Positions 50,663 to 64,000 of a stretch of 64,000 bases of DNA are shown one piece after another; position 1 is the first letter of the stretch; the number at the start of each line of letters is the position of its first letter. The translations under genes and the position numbers were made by a program. The notes under the pieces are model-generated. The model was given only the letters and a program-made list of their open reading frames with translations. It did not search any database and was not told where the DNA came from. The stretch comes from Octopus sinensis (taxonomy: Eukaryota), in contig NC_043011.1 of NCBI RefSeq assembly GCF_006345805.1, positions 9,300,001 through 9,364,000 of the forward strand. The letters run 5' to 3'.

Positions 50663-51377
50663 GACATAACCCCCTATTATAATTTAATTAAAAAAAGACA
50701 ACCCAGAGCAACCCCTGCACACACTGTTACAATATGTCTCCAGTAAAATATAAGGAAATCATTTGGTATTTCTGGTTGCCATGGTGGGGCAGCAGTGGTT
50801 AATGAAGGCAGGAAAATCAGAAACTCATTTCCCTGACATATATCAGTGTATGCCCTTGTGGCAGTTAAGGGATTAAGCTTCAGAACAATGGCTAAAACAA
50901 TGAGAATTTACTACTATTGCTACTACTACTACTGCTGCTGCTGGTGTTGCTGTTGTTAAGCAACAAGACAGATAAGGGTGATTAGGTGATGGTCTAGGGC
51001 TTCAGGGCGGGAGACCCTAGACCTTGGAAAAAAACAAAAAAAAAACTTTGGTCATCTTGTTGTAGTCGAGGGCTCTTCGTTGATGCCCAACACCACTGGG
51101 AGGAGGCCTTCGAAGTCGCTGGAAATGGAAATCTCCAGGTCCAAATTCTTGGATGGCTGCTGCTGCTATCAACTGCATCATTGTAATTGAGTTCACTGTT
51201 CATAAGGGTGGTGAACAGCAATGATGATGATGATGATGATGATGATGATGGGCGTTTACTTGAGAAACGAGGTAAATAAGTCACAACAAAAATATATTTT
51301 TTAATAATCTTTATTGTCAGAAAAAAGCTGACCAAATAACAGAACCCGAAAAAAAAAAAAAAAAGAATGACTATTAG

Positions 51378-51632
51378 ACATTGATGCTTGAGGAGTATCA
51401 ACATTGATGTTGTTGGGGAGGATTGTTGAAATGACGAGTACCTCTATCAACATTGATGTTTGGGGAGTATCAACATTGTTTGGGGAGCATTATTGAAATG
51501 ATGAGTTCCTCTATCAACATTGATGTTCAGAGAATAACAACACTGATATTTGGAGGAGTATCAATGTTGATGTTTGGGGGAGTATCAATGTTGATGTTTG
51601 GGGGAGTAGTGTTGAAATGATGAATTACCTCT
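51378..51632. repeat. Degenerate ~24-bp minisatellite with palindromic core
   Basis: Unit approximately GGAGTATCAACATTGATGTTTGG interleaved with TTGAAATGA.GAGT.CCTCT. Confidence 0.8.
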
Positions 51633-54431
51633 CACAATCCAATTTCTGTCTTTTTTTTTTTTGCTTTGTTTTCGATTTATGTAATTTTGTTATTTATTTT
51701 TATTGATTTTGCTTAAATTTTTGACTTAGATATATCCTCCATCAATCTTTTACCATTTCTACCTATCTTCGTTTTCTTACTTTTATTCCAATTTTAAAAG
51801 AGGGAAAAATATTTGTCTTCCATTCTGCATAAAAAAAATACAGGAACAAGTACAGAAAATAAAAATTAGAAAAAACAGAAGTAGTTAGAATTGAGAAACG
51901 GAGAAATTTATGTAAAAATTGATAAAGAAAAAACTTTTGAATAACAAAAACTGTAGAAATATTAAGGATTTCTTAGAATTGGTGTAAATTATTAAGGAAT
52001 GAAACTGTCTTTTTACAATAAGACTATTTATTTATATTTGAAGACTTGCAGGGTTTAGAGGATGTACAACTACTGTTGATTTATTACTCTAACCATTCCT
52101 GTATTTCACATGATTTAAACCCCTAGAATAAGTATCTACTCCATCTTAGTACAACGGGATGTAAATATGAAGTGGCACACCTTATCATTAGTAAGCAGTA
52201 GGAGTATAATAGAATTGATGACTGTTTGTTGAGTTCAACTTGTGGTAGAGCTTGCAAAAAATCTAGGCTCTGCCAGGCAAGAATGATACTCTCTAGACAT
52301 ACCAGAGGGATCAATGGAATGGTCAAAGGTGCCCTAATGATTACAGAACTCACTATCACCACCAATACTCAGTGTGTTAGTAAATACTCGACTAAGAGTG
52401 TGTTACATGCTCCTAACCATTTCCATGATTGATCAGGAAACTTTGAGTGGAACATTGCTCCAAGATTGGTTTACCATCAAGTCTTTTGCTTTATTTTAGT
52501 CAACTGCAAAGCTATGTTGTGGATTTTGGACCACTACAGTATTAGGCTAATCATAATCAATGTGACTGTGTTGTTGAGATTACCCCTAGTTATGACACCT
52601 GTTGGGGCCCACTACAGTATTAATCTAAGCTCTAAGGTATTCTCAGATGTATTTCTTATTTTTGGAATGAAACAGATACTCCTAGAATGCTTCCTTGAGT
52701 AGTTGAAGCAACTTACATAGGTACTCCTTCATTATTCACTAAGTAGTTCAACTACTCCCTTATTGTTCAGCAACAACTCCCTCGTTGGCAGATTTTTTCA
52801 GTTGTGTAGCCCTCAATACCTTGTCTTTTGTACACAGATGACAAATCACATAATATCTTTGCAACAATAGGTTTTCCCAAGCAGGACTAACACACACCTC
52901 CTGGTTTTAGCAAAGTTTAACATTTGCCACCTGAATCTCAACTGCCTGAGAGGATCTACAAGGGTCACTGATACTGCTTCCTTTAACTTTTAAAAAGAAA
53001 CACCAAAACATCTAAATTTCTATTAGAGAGACAGTGTCCTGTCGTTCAAAACTTAAACTAGTCCATCTTTTATTTCCTAGATGGAGAGGGATTATTCTGT
53101 TAAATTTCATCTGGATTATTTATTTGATACTTCTTAGAAGAAACAATTTAATTTTCCTACTTAAAGATCATGAATTGTACATAATACCAATATGAGGGGG
53201 TGGGGGTTAATATAATTTCATTAATTTTTAAAAACCATTAAAGTTAATTTCTTCTTTGGATGTTTGTGTTCAAATATTTTTTATATTTTTTTAATATATT
53301 TACAAGACGAAATACCAGTGAGTTTTTTTTTTAAATATCTGTTTATATATATTTTTTTTTTGGAAGTGTTTGTATTGTTTGACAGTTGAAGACTTACTTC
53401 AGAAACACAAACACCCCCCTCTCTCTCTCTCTCTCTCTCTCTCATACACATACACATACACACATATATGCAAACCAACTTAATTAGGAAGGTAAAATAA
53501 CAAAAAAAAAAACACAAAAAAACTATCCAATATGGCAAGGAAGACAGGGAATGTTGGAAAGGGTCTGAAATTCTTTAAAATGTCTTGAAAGGGGATTTTT
53601 GTTATTTTGATTTGTTCTTTATTTTTTCAATATTGTAATCAATAAAATGCTTTATTAAAAATTAGCACCAAATCGTGAAAGAAACCAACTAATGGCGGTG
53701 CCCCAGCATGGCCACAGCCCTCTGGCTGGAACCAGTTAAATAATAAAAGAGTAATACATAGAATGAGAAGGAGGGATCTCGTATTTTTTTCATTTAAACC
53801 TTTTTTCTTTCCTTCTTACCATATATAATTGTGTCTGTGTGTCAGTATGGACCGTGAGTCCATATATATATATATTATATGTATATATTTTATATATATA
53901 TTATATGTATATATTTTATATATGTTATATATATATGTATATATATTTTTTATATATGTTATATATATATTTTATATATGTCATATATATATACATTTTA
54001 AATATGTTTTATATATATATATATGTATTATGTATATATATTTTATATATGTTATATATATATATAGATGTATGTATATGTAATTGAACTAGATTTGCAT
54101 TGAACATATATTGAAACTGGCAGAGAGCAAAAAAGTGGTGCAGAGGTAAGCAAGAAGGAGATAAACTAACCAGACATAAATTAATAGGAATCCAGAGAAA
54201 GGAAATGGTGAAACTAGAACCCTGCTCCCTTAGTTGCTAGTGATATACATGAGCACAACACTACAGGGCATTGATATTGCAGTCTCATATACATATATAT
54301 ATATACATATATATATAAATATAGACAAACATTATCATTTCATAAACGTATATCTAATCAGATTTATTCTATCACATCATCACAGTGTTGGATGTGACGG
54401 CAAATGCCATGTTGCCCACCTGATGTTTATA

Positions 54432-54467
<36 letters not shown>

Positions 54468-56349
54468 TTGATGATGTACCTACTTATGTGAGCATGTGCA
54501 TATGTTAATATATATATGTATATACTTATTTATATTCTGTATGAATAGATGTATGTATATATGTGCATATTTATGTTTATATATGTATATATATATGTAT
54601 GTGTATATATGTATATATATGTATGTGTATATATGTGCGTATATATATATGTATATATGTATGTGTATGTATGTATATATATGTATGTATATATGTATAT
54701 GTATGTATATATGTATTTGTATGTATGATATGTATGTATATATGTATATGTATGTATATATATATGCATATGTATGTATATATGTGTATATGTATGTATG
54801 TATCTGTATATATATATGTGTATATGTATGTATGTATGTATATGTATGTATATATGTGTATATGTATGTATGTATGTGTATATGTATGTATATATGTGTA
54901 TATGTATGTATGTATATATGTGTATATGTAGTATATATCTATATATATGTATGTATATATCTATATATATATATGTTTGTATCCTGACAACCAGTTGTCA
55001 GGATGTTGTAGACCAATGAGCTTTGGCTCAACAATCCCCCACTAAGTTCAGGATTGTTTCACATCAAAGAAAGTATAAATGTTGATGTATGTATATGTGA
55101 TGTATTTGTGCAACCACTAAAGGTAGCAATACCCCCCAGTAAGCACAGTACATACTTTCCCACATTCAATTCATAAATAGCTAAAGGATTACAGCCAAAG
55201 GGCACTGCCTAAAGATATATTAAAATGATTTTGGTATCATCAGAAACTTGGTAGCTATGGAACTCTGGTCCATAAGTATTTTGTCTTTAATTCTGTGGAG
55301 AATAAGGACTTACTTGAGACCCAAATATGTAGGAGAGAAGTTGATGAGTTTGTGACAACAAACTGGGTTTTTCTCAAGATTAATACTAAAGGTGAATTCA
55401 CTCCAGACTTAGTCCTGCAAGAGCTTATTACCTTCTCATTGGCATTTACCATAATGATGATGATGATGATGATTTCTAACATTGGCACAGAGCAACGTCT
55501 TAGGGAAGGAGTGTTAGTTTAGCTAACCCCAGCATGTCACTGGTACTTATAATTTATGAGCATCGGATAAAAAGTTGACCTTGGTGTAGTTTGAACTGAG
55601 AATATAGGGAAATGAAATTATATTCTTTGACAAGATATTTAGTTAAGTATCCTATCATTTCTGTGAAGTCACCATGTTAATGAAATTGATGATGATGATT
55701 TCGTCAGTAGATGCTAAGATTTATCTAGAGGAGAAATGGGAAGTTGTGATGTTGATGGCACGAAGATTTAGCAACTGAAGACAAGCGAAATCGAAATTTG
55801 GTTTGGAATTTTGTCTAAAGCTGTTCTTAACTCTGCTGATCACTTGGCTATGAAGTGCGTACAAAACTTCTGCCAGCCCAGTAGACTGAGGCAGATTAAT
55901 CTTCCATACCTAGTGTCACCTCCTTCCCTATTACCACACACATTCGTTATCATTTTTATTAGCAATAGATTATTTTAATGTAACTAACAACAACAACAAC
56001 AATAATATTTGAAATGTGGGTTTGATTGATTGTGATAGTTCTTCCCATCTTAAAAATGGTTTTATGGTTTAGAAACAGGATTTTTTTTTGTTTGAACTAA
56101 TAAAGTTTGAAATTCCATTAACCAAATTCTGAAGATTTTCGAATTCACCAAAAGTTTAGAAAGAAAGAAAAATATTTGAAGAAAGAAACAAAAAAACAAA
56201 AGAAACCCGAAACCAGTAAATCATTAGCAAGCCTCAAACATGTCCCTCATTTTATGTATACAATATTTTCTGACCACTTAGTACCCCAAAACTCTAATCT
56301 TGGCTAACACAATAATAGTAATAGTAATTATTATTATTACTATTATTTT

Positions 56350-56850
56350 GAGGGTAGGGTGAGTTGATACCAATGACCCCCAGCACAAGGCTGGTACTTT
56401 ATTTTATCAACTTTAGAGAGATGAAAAGCAAAATTGAACACAGCATAAAAAAAAACAGAAAAAAATTCCACAAAGCATTCTTCCAATGCTCTAACGGTTC
56501 CACCGAATTGAAACACAATTTTAAGAGGTGTTGGCTAAATCATTATCATCAACCTCAATACTTAACCAGTACTTTATTTCATCAATCCTGAAGGGATGAA
56601 AGATAAAGTTGGCCCTGGTGGGATTTGAATTCAGCACATAAAGAGTTGGAAGAAATACCACCAGGCATTTTTCCCAGTATGCTAATGATTTTATCAATCT
56701 ATAATGGTTTCAAATATTGACATAAGTCCAGTAATTTTAGGAGGAGGGGTTAAGTTGACTGTATCATCCCCAGTACTTGACTGGTTCTTTCATCAACCCT
56801 GAACAGGCGAAAGGCAAAGTTAACCTCATTGAGATTTGAGCAATAAAAAT
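56350..56850 (-). mobile_element. CpG-decayed SINE family B remnants
   Basis: For example CCTGAAGGGATGAAAGATAAAGTTGGCCCTGGTGGGATTTGAA versus young CCGAAAGGATGAAAGGCAAAGTCGACCTCGGCGGAATTTGAA; a similar remnant lies at about 55480-55650. Confidence 0.7.
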
Positions 56851-59286
56851 AATAATAACAGTGAAAATATGTGCCCTAAACATTGAAAATATTTTCACTG
56901 CAAATCTGTTCCTTTTCTTTTTTTTAACTAAATGACAAAAAATAAAATTGAAAAAATATAAATAAATGAAACAGAGTGGGATGGATTTGTGGTGTTGGGT
57001 GTGAACAGTATATGTCTGATAGCTGCCAAAAAATGTCTATTACTCCCTCCCCACTCCCAGAAAGTGTAGTTACTTCTGGCTAAGTTGGTAGCATGTTAGA
57101 GTATTGAATTTGTTCATGTCCCATTGTCGCTGTGTCACTGGCTCAAGGGAAGCATTCTATAATTAACATTGAGTTTTATGTCTGACTGCAAGTATTGAAG
57201 CTCACACCAGCCTGGCTGTAAACTGTCATTTACACGACATTCTTAGCAAGAGTAGAGCTGCTAATTTCATCTCCACCACTTGTTTGGTCTTGTAGAAAAG
57301 CTGTTGTTTTATTTTTATCAGTCAGAATACAAAATATATGTTAGATGAAGTGACCAATTCAAAACTTTGGAACCAAGTAGTCTTATTTATTCATAGTCCA
57401 CTAATCTGGTGAGCTTATATATAAAGGGTTACACAGGGTTGTAGGTGAGCTAATTGATAGGGCCTTGAACAAGATTCTCTATTGAAAGAATTCTTCTCAA
57501 GTCTTATTTGATTGGATTGTGTTGGTAGGACCTTGGTCATCAGTGTCTGTTGAAAGGGCACTACACAAATCTCATTGGTAGAACCCTGCTTAACACTCAG
57601 TAGGGCACCCCACTCAACAGTTCTCAAATCTGTTTAGACAAAGACACTAAACACAATTGTAAACATGTACTCCTTTAAGCAGTGAGAGTACTGTACAACT
57701 GATGAATTGTTAGTTTGTTAAGGTGAGTTCAAATTCTGACACTCACATAGCAGGTAGACAGATGAGATCTGCCAGAATCACTTGCTACAGATACGATAAA
57801 ATGAAGAATGAAAAGTCTTTTCTGAGGTCATAACACTAATTAAAGATCATCCTAAGTTCACACAGTTCTTCAGTGTTTATGTATAATGTGAATAATTGTC
57901 AGATAAGGAGTACCATTAGCTGATCTTTACTCACAGAAACAATTGTTTTTGTCCTTTTTTAATCCACTTTTCTGAAATATACAATTTCTACCAAATTTCT
58001 CTCAGTTAAAAAGTAGAAGTTGACAAAAGCTAAATATCTTAGTTCCAAATTCTTTTAGGAATGACATTGTAATTTACCAACTGGAATATTATTTTTGTCT
58101 CTTTGAAATTTCATACACACACAAGTGCATCGGTGTATATAATAAAGAATCTAGATTACGAAAAATGTTCAAATCTGAAAAGCTCAATTCATTTTACAAA
58201 TGTTAAATTGATCATATTAAAAAATAAGTTGTATTTGTATAATTTACTTATTTCTCTTTAAAAAAAATCTCTTTTTACTAGGTACAAGAGCCAGATACAT
58301 TTAAAGGAGTGGAGAGTGGGATGTTGTAGTCTTCATACTTTTTTGGAGTATTAGTGGTGTAAGGAAAGTATCTCTTGAAACCAGGAATCAAGATCAGGTT
58401 GTGGGTTCCATTTCCTGGGAGTGTTATAACTTCTCGTTCTATGAAACTCTCTACAAAATTTGTTTACAGTTGTGTAAAAACAAACAAACAAAAAAAAAAA
58501 AAAACAATGGAAGTGAAAGAGAGAAAAATCTCCATAATCCTGAGAAAGAAAGGAAAGAAAGAAAGAAAGAAATGACTTCTTTTTTTTGTTTTTGTCTGTT
58601 CAGAAACCTGTCATATTATTAATATAAAGATTTTTCAATTTGAAAAACATTAATTAATTTTAAAAGAGAAATGACAGAAGATGAGAGTTGCAAGAGTGAG
58701 ATTTAGAATAAGTTTGTTTTTTTTACGCTTTTTTTTTTACACTATTAATCTCAGCCGTCTCCTCTCACCTTATCCCTCCACCCCAACAAGAGCAGATATG
58801 GTAAACTGTATGTATGTTATATTGCTGTGAGTTAAATAAGAAGAGAGCAATTTTGAGAAAATTAAAAGTGGAATTTTTGAAAGAAGAATCTTAAATAAGA
58901 GAGCGAATTATAGAAAGATGTGAGAAGAGTTGAAAGAAATCTCTCCCCATTTTCCAGTTTGGAGAATCATGCAGGGTTAACAGTTTGAGATAAAATTACT
59001 TCAATATCACAATTGTTCTTTCACAAGGGATATTGGTAATTTTATGATGTGGCATCACCCATTATTTTATTTTATATTGTTTTTTTTAATTAATTTGTTT
59101 TGTTTTTTTCCTTTTTTTTTTGCTTTAGAGTGAGTATGGATAATGGATTTATTTTTCCTATGAGATATTAAAATTCTATTTATATATCTATATAGTGTGT
59201 ATATATATATATATAATGTTTTGTGTGTGTGTTTGTGTGCATGTGTGTGCACGTGAGTGCATGTGCGTGTGCGTATGTACATATAT

Positions 59287-59332
<46 letters not shown>

Positions 59333-60161
59333 TACTCTACAAGACTTATACATATATGTATGTATGATAAACATACATGCACTCACCCATTGTACACATA
59401 TGCATCTGTCTATATCTTTTGTATGAATGGGAAACGACTTTTCTTTGAAACATTTATTGGAAACACAACTATGTTGCAATTTAATCTTTATTAACATTTT
59501 TTCTCATATCTGTGTATCAAATTTTGGAATAACAGATCTCCCAAATTTATCTTTAGCAATGTTTCTAGGCCATCTCAACATCGTGTTCAGGATGTGGAAG
59601 GGAGGGTGGTGGGTTCTTTAATGCTTGTTCTATTGATAGACGGCTTATGGCTATGCAACTATTCCCACCAGAATTTGACTGAGTATTCAAGTTCCTCACC
59701 ATCAGGTCCTCACTTGTGATCTGTGTTGAATGTTAATTGTCTGGTTGTGTTGCAATATTAGTTATACAGGAAGATATCAAGAGGAAATCTTTCCTCCACA
59801 CAGAAACAGACAATTGATCATGGTGGCAATGCTAACAGAACCACCACACAAGGCATCAAAAAACACGGATCTAGAGATGTAGGGCATGAACATGCTAACA
59901 ATAAAATTCTGGCAGGGAAAATCTATGTAAACAAGCTGTCAACTCTATAAAGGGCTGTACAGAATCCATCACCACTCCACATCCTGAAGATGATGGTGGA
60001 GATAACCTGGAAACATTGATGAAAATGGATTTTGGAAGTTTGGCCCAAATAAAATAGAAGGGTCTGATACACAGCTGAAACAGTTTGGATAAAAAGAAAA
60101 AAACATAGTTAGAAAATTGTGTTTTCTATGTAATATGTATATGTAAATATAATATGTATGA

Positions 60162-60203
<42 letters not shown>

Positions 60204-61234
60204 GTGTGTGTGTGTGTGTGTGTGTATGTATTCTGTATGTATACAAACTTATATGCTTATCTATATATTTATATGCATTTATAGATTATATACATATGTA
60301 CATAACACATAATGTGCTTCTGTGTATGTATATGTCTATATATATATGTGTATATATATGTATATTTACTAAACAGATGCTAAAGATGTGTCAAGCTACT
60401 TGTTGAGAAGAAATCTGTTAATACAAACCACAGATAAGGTAAGAAAAAAATAATTTTCGTTTTTTTTTCTGTTATATAATCACTTGAGTTGTGATAATTG
60501 TTTTTGTTCTTGTTGTTCTTCACAAACCTTTGATAAAAAAAAATGTTAAAAACCACACACACACACACTGAAGAAAAAAAAATTGAATTGCACCACTCTC
60601 TGCTGCAAAATATAGAGGTAAGCTCAGCAAATTGATTGATTGGTTGTTGAAAGGTTGAGCCATATGGATGAAGAATGAATTTAGTTCTTTGGTCTCGTTT
60701 CTCAGAATCATTCCCAGAATTACCATTTCACATTTTTGTGGAAATGTAATTAATGTTTCATTTTCTTCCTTCCTTCTTGTGCCTTTCTTTCCTTGTATTT
60801 ATTATTATTGACAAAATAGGGAGATGAGGGTAATATTCCTTTGTCAACAGGATCAAGGCGCTACACCTCAGATAAACCATGCCATCAGGTAAGAAAACAG
60901 ATAAAATATTACTTTTTTTCCCTCTTTTTATCTGCCATGAGTTTCTTTTTCTGTGTAGTTGTTTTATTTTTATTTTTTATATGATTTTTAAAAATTTTGT
61001 TTAATAATTATAACAAACCAAAAATTAAAAACAAACAAAACTGATTTCTGATCTTTGTTTCGTAAGGACCAGATTTTGTTCACAGTTTGATGGGAAAGTG
61101 GGTTTGATAGGTAAAGTTATCAGAGAAAATGCTGATAGTTTCGTTGCAGCAAAATATCTGAAGAATGTTTGGTTGCGAGTGAAGGAGGCAGTTAGCAAGT
61201 TCAGAGTTTTGTTTATTGTCCAGTTATATCTCTC

Positions 61235-61411
61235 TCAGTAGACCCAACTAACTGGCACCCACTGTGCCGTTACAGATATATCCTTAATGGCGAGTTCAAG
61301 ACTTTGAATAGTTTCTTCAATGTCATTATTTACTATTTTCATGTCAAAGTAATGTCCATAAGCTTTTTCAAGAAGCTCGCTTTCCCTTGCTAGCCGTTCT
61401 AAACTTCCATC
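61235..61411 (-). CDS. CASK: Terminal coding exon of CASK (MAGUK guanylate-kinase domain C-terminus), 58 aa plus stop
   Basis: [58 protein letters not shown]; phase-0 acceptor ATTTTGCAG/GAT at 61412-61420. The [11 protein letters not shown] start and QWVPVSWVY end match CASK better than other MPP-family MAGUKs as I recall them. Upstream exons are not seen in this window. Confidence 0.88.
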   Translation of the reverse strand, partial: DGSLERLARESELLEKAYGHYFDMKIVNNDIEETIQSLELAIKDISVTAQWVPVSWVY

Positions 61412-61470
61412 CTGCAAAATGGAATAAATCACATATAAATAGTTACACATGAACATACTGCAAGTGTGTG

Positions 61471-61508
<38 letters not shown>

Positions 61509-63028
61509 TACATACACACACACACACATGCCATCATGATATTTTATACATATATGTTAGCAAGTTAAAAACACACACACACACACATATTTAAATACTT
61601 CTGATATTCAAGAAAGGCATGAGAAAAAGCTGGTGTGATCAAATCTGGTTAATATTTGCTTGAGTGATGAAGAAGATTGATAGCTATTTCATACTTAAAG
61701 CTCATTAGTTGAAACTCCGTGACTAAATAGCCGTTAATGGGTGACCAGTCTTATTGACCAGTTACTGATCAGTGTGTGAAGAGGAGTGAAAATGAAAGCA
61801 TGTATGACTTTCTAAATTTAATGTAATGGCTAGAACCAGGAATTGAAACCGGTTCTGTGATTCTGCAGCAGTTAACAATGTTACTATGTTCTGTAATCAG
61901 TAAGGTGGAGGGTTATGGTGATAGGATTGGCTTTATTGCAAACACTAACTTAAAAGTTATCTCTCAAGAATTATAGGAATAGTAGTGATGCAACCATGGA
62001 GTATAATTATACACTTCAGGATATTGTCACTCTGCATGGTGCAACTATGCGCCTGAATCCCATGGGTTGCCTGTGGGTCTCCTCCTGTGATAGCCCTGTA
62101 CCTTGTTGGGGGAATCAACCAATCCATCCATCACTCACTGTAAAAAATCCATGATACGGAAGGGTGGTTAACATTTAGCAACAAGTGCCTTAAACTGTTT
62201 GGTTTCTTTGATTTATTTCCCCACCATTCGTAAATACTGTGGACCAGGGATTGAAGTGTAATTTTTAGTAATACAGTGATTGGAGTGTGTGTAATCTTTA
62301 CTATTTCCTACTGAACTTGCAACTTGGACAACTTTTGCTTCTCAATTATAGCAGTGGACTAACAGAATCACTAAAATGCTTAGTGGTGGAATTTCTTCTG
62401 CTAGTTTACACATCCTGACTTTGAATTCCACCAAGGTTGACTTTGTCTTTCCTACTTTCAGGTTTGATAGAATAGGCACTTGTAGAACACGGGGGGGGGG
62501 GGGGGGTAGATTAGATTGACTAGTCCTCTCTCCTAAAATTGTCACTGTGACGTTTATGCCTTTGTTTCGAAAGACACCAAAATGAAGCACAATGACTTCG
62601 AATGACCACTGAGACTACATTGCAGTGTTAGTTGTCCAAACATTTCTTGTCTTACATCACTTCCCTAAGAGATGGCATTGATTCCCTGTAGTGAATCGAC
62701 TCCAACTGGTATTATTTTAACCCTGGGACGATAAAAAGTTTTGTCTGACATTCCACAACTTCTTCTTCCAATTTAGTAACCATAGCAACAACAAAAAAAA
62801 TCAGTAAATATCAATGTTTTTCAGTTTAATAATATCAATCACAATGAGAATAAAAACAAATATAAGCAGGATAGTGTTTAGAATGTCACAACATGGTGCA
62901 ACATGCAAGAGAACATGCAAAGGTGCATACACACATGGAGGAAATAAGCAAAGAAAGTTGTTGACAAATGTAGTTAAACAGACACAAACTATCAAGTGAT
63001 GATTTTGTACAGCTATGGGATACATACA

Positions 63029-63064
<36 letters not shown>

Positions 63065-63066
63065 CA

Positions 63067-63100
<34 letters not shown>

Positions 63101-63351
63101 CATACATACATATATATACATACATACATACATACATGCATATATATACATACATATATATACATAATATATATATATATATATATATATACATACATAC
63201 ATATATATAACATATATATATATATATATAATATATATATACATACATATATATATATAATATACATACATATATATATATATATATATACATACATATA
63301 TATATATATTATATACATACATATATATACATATATATATATATATATACA

Positions 63352-63404
<53 letters not shown>

Positions 63405-64000
63405 CAAACCCTGGAAATATTGCACATCTGCAACAGGAGTTGGCTACAATATACAAGTGAGCTGAGGACAACAACATGCAGTTTAATGCAGGTAAGTTCC
63501 AGGCCCTGCGCTACCGGCACACAAAGGTAAACGACATGCAGACTGGATACACTGGCCCGGGAAGAATTGCAATCCCTGAGTCAAAATCAGTGCGTGACCT
63601 GGGCATTGACATGAGCAATGATGCATCTTTCCAAGTGCATATTACTAATCTGGTGATAAAATGCAGACGGCTAGCTGGATGGATTCTCCGAACTTTCAGA
63701 ACAAGAGAGAAGGAGACACTGATGGTCCTGTGGAAAACTTTCGTCCTCAGCCGCTTGGACTATTGCTCCCAACAATGGTCACCACACAATATAAAACTAA
63801 CAGCAGAACTCGAAGCAATTCAAAGAAGCTACACAAAGAAGATCGTCTCAATGCAACATATCAGCTACTGGGAAAGACTGAAAGTATTAAACCTCTTCTC
63901 CCTAGAGCGAAGGTGGGAGAGATATGCGGTGATATACATCTGGAAAATCCTGGAGGGTCTTGTCCCAAACGTTGGCATTCAAAGTTACCCCAACCGCAGA
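63405..64000 (+). mobile_element. CR1-type LINE 3' region in the CASK intron (antisense to CASK), runs off the window
   Basis: Not in the ORF track: [91 protein letters not shown]; abuts (TA)n. Confidence 0.9.

Noticed and set aside
50475-51632. Repeat arrays superficially like CRISPR repeats
   Set aside because: Units are degenerate and adjacent, without unique constant-length spacers; eukaryotic context and no cas genes.
61412-61537. N-terminal 42 aa of the 100-aa ORF at 61235-61537
   Set aside because: Intronic microsatellite upstream of a clear splice acceptor; only 61235-61411 is CASK.

Overview
AT-rich, microsatellite-dense eukaryotic DNA, most consistent with an octopod cephalopod (inferred from recognisable tRNA-derived SINE families, not a database match). 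The only host coding sequence I can support is the last coding exon of CASK (minus strand, 61235-61411); no CRISPR, rRNA or tRNA genes are seen. The rest is a layered record of mobile elements: a young near-full-length Tx1/L1-type LINE plus a truncated sister copy tandemly inserted in (GATA)n, two Penelope-like (PLE) GIY-YIG elements, R4/Dong-like, RTE and CR1 LINE fragments, Tc1, mariner, hAT-MITE, Helitron and Helentron-type remnants, and many SINEs. The most interesting signal is a set of minimal hammerhead ribozyme (HHR) motifs tied to PLEs. One has an intact core (29976-30055). A TSD-flanked fold-back insertion (49372-49607) begins within 1 nt of the predicted self-cleavage site of an HHR-like motif in a sister copy 22 kb away (27293-27338), suggesting retrotransposition of a self-cleaved ~180-nt RNA. 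Most long ORFs in the track are microsatellite artefacts. Coordinates were counted by hand and element boundaries are approximate.
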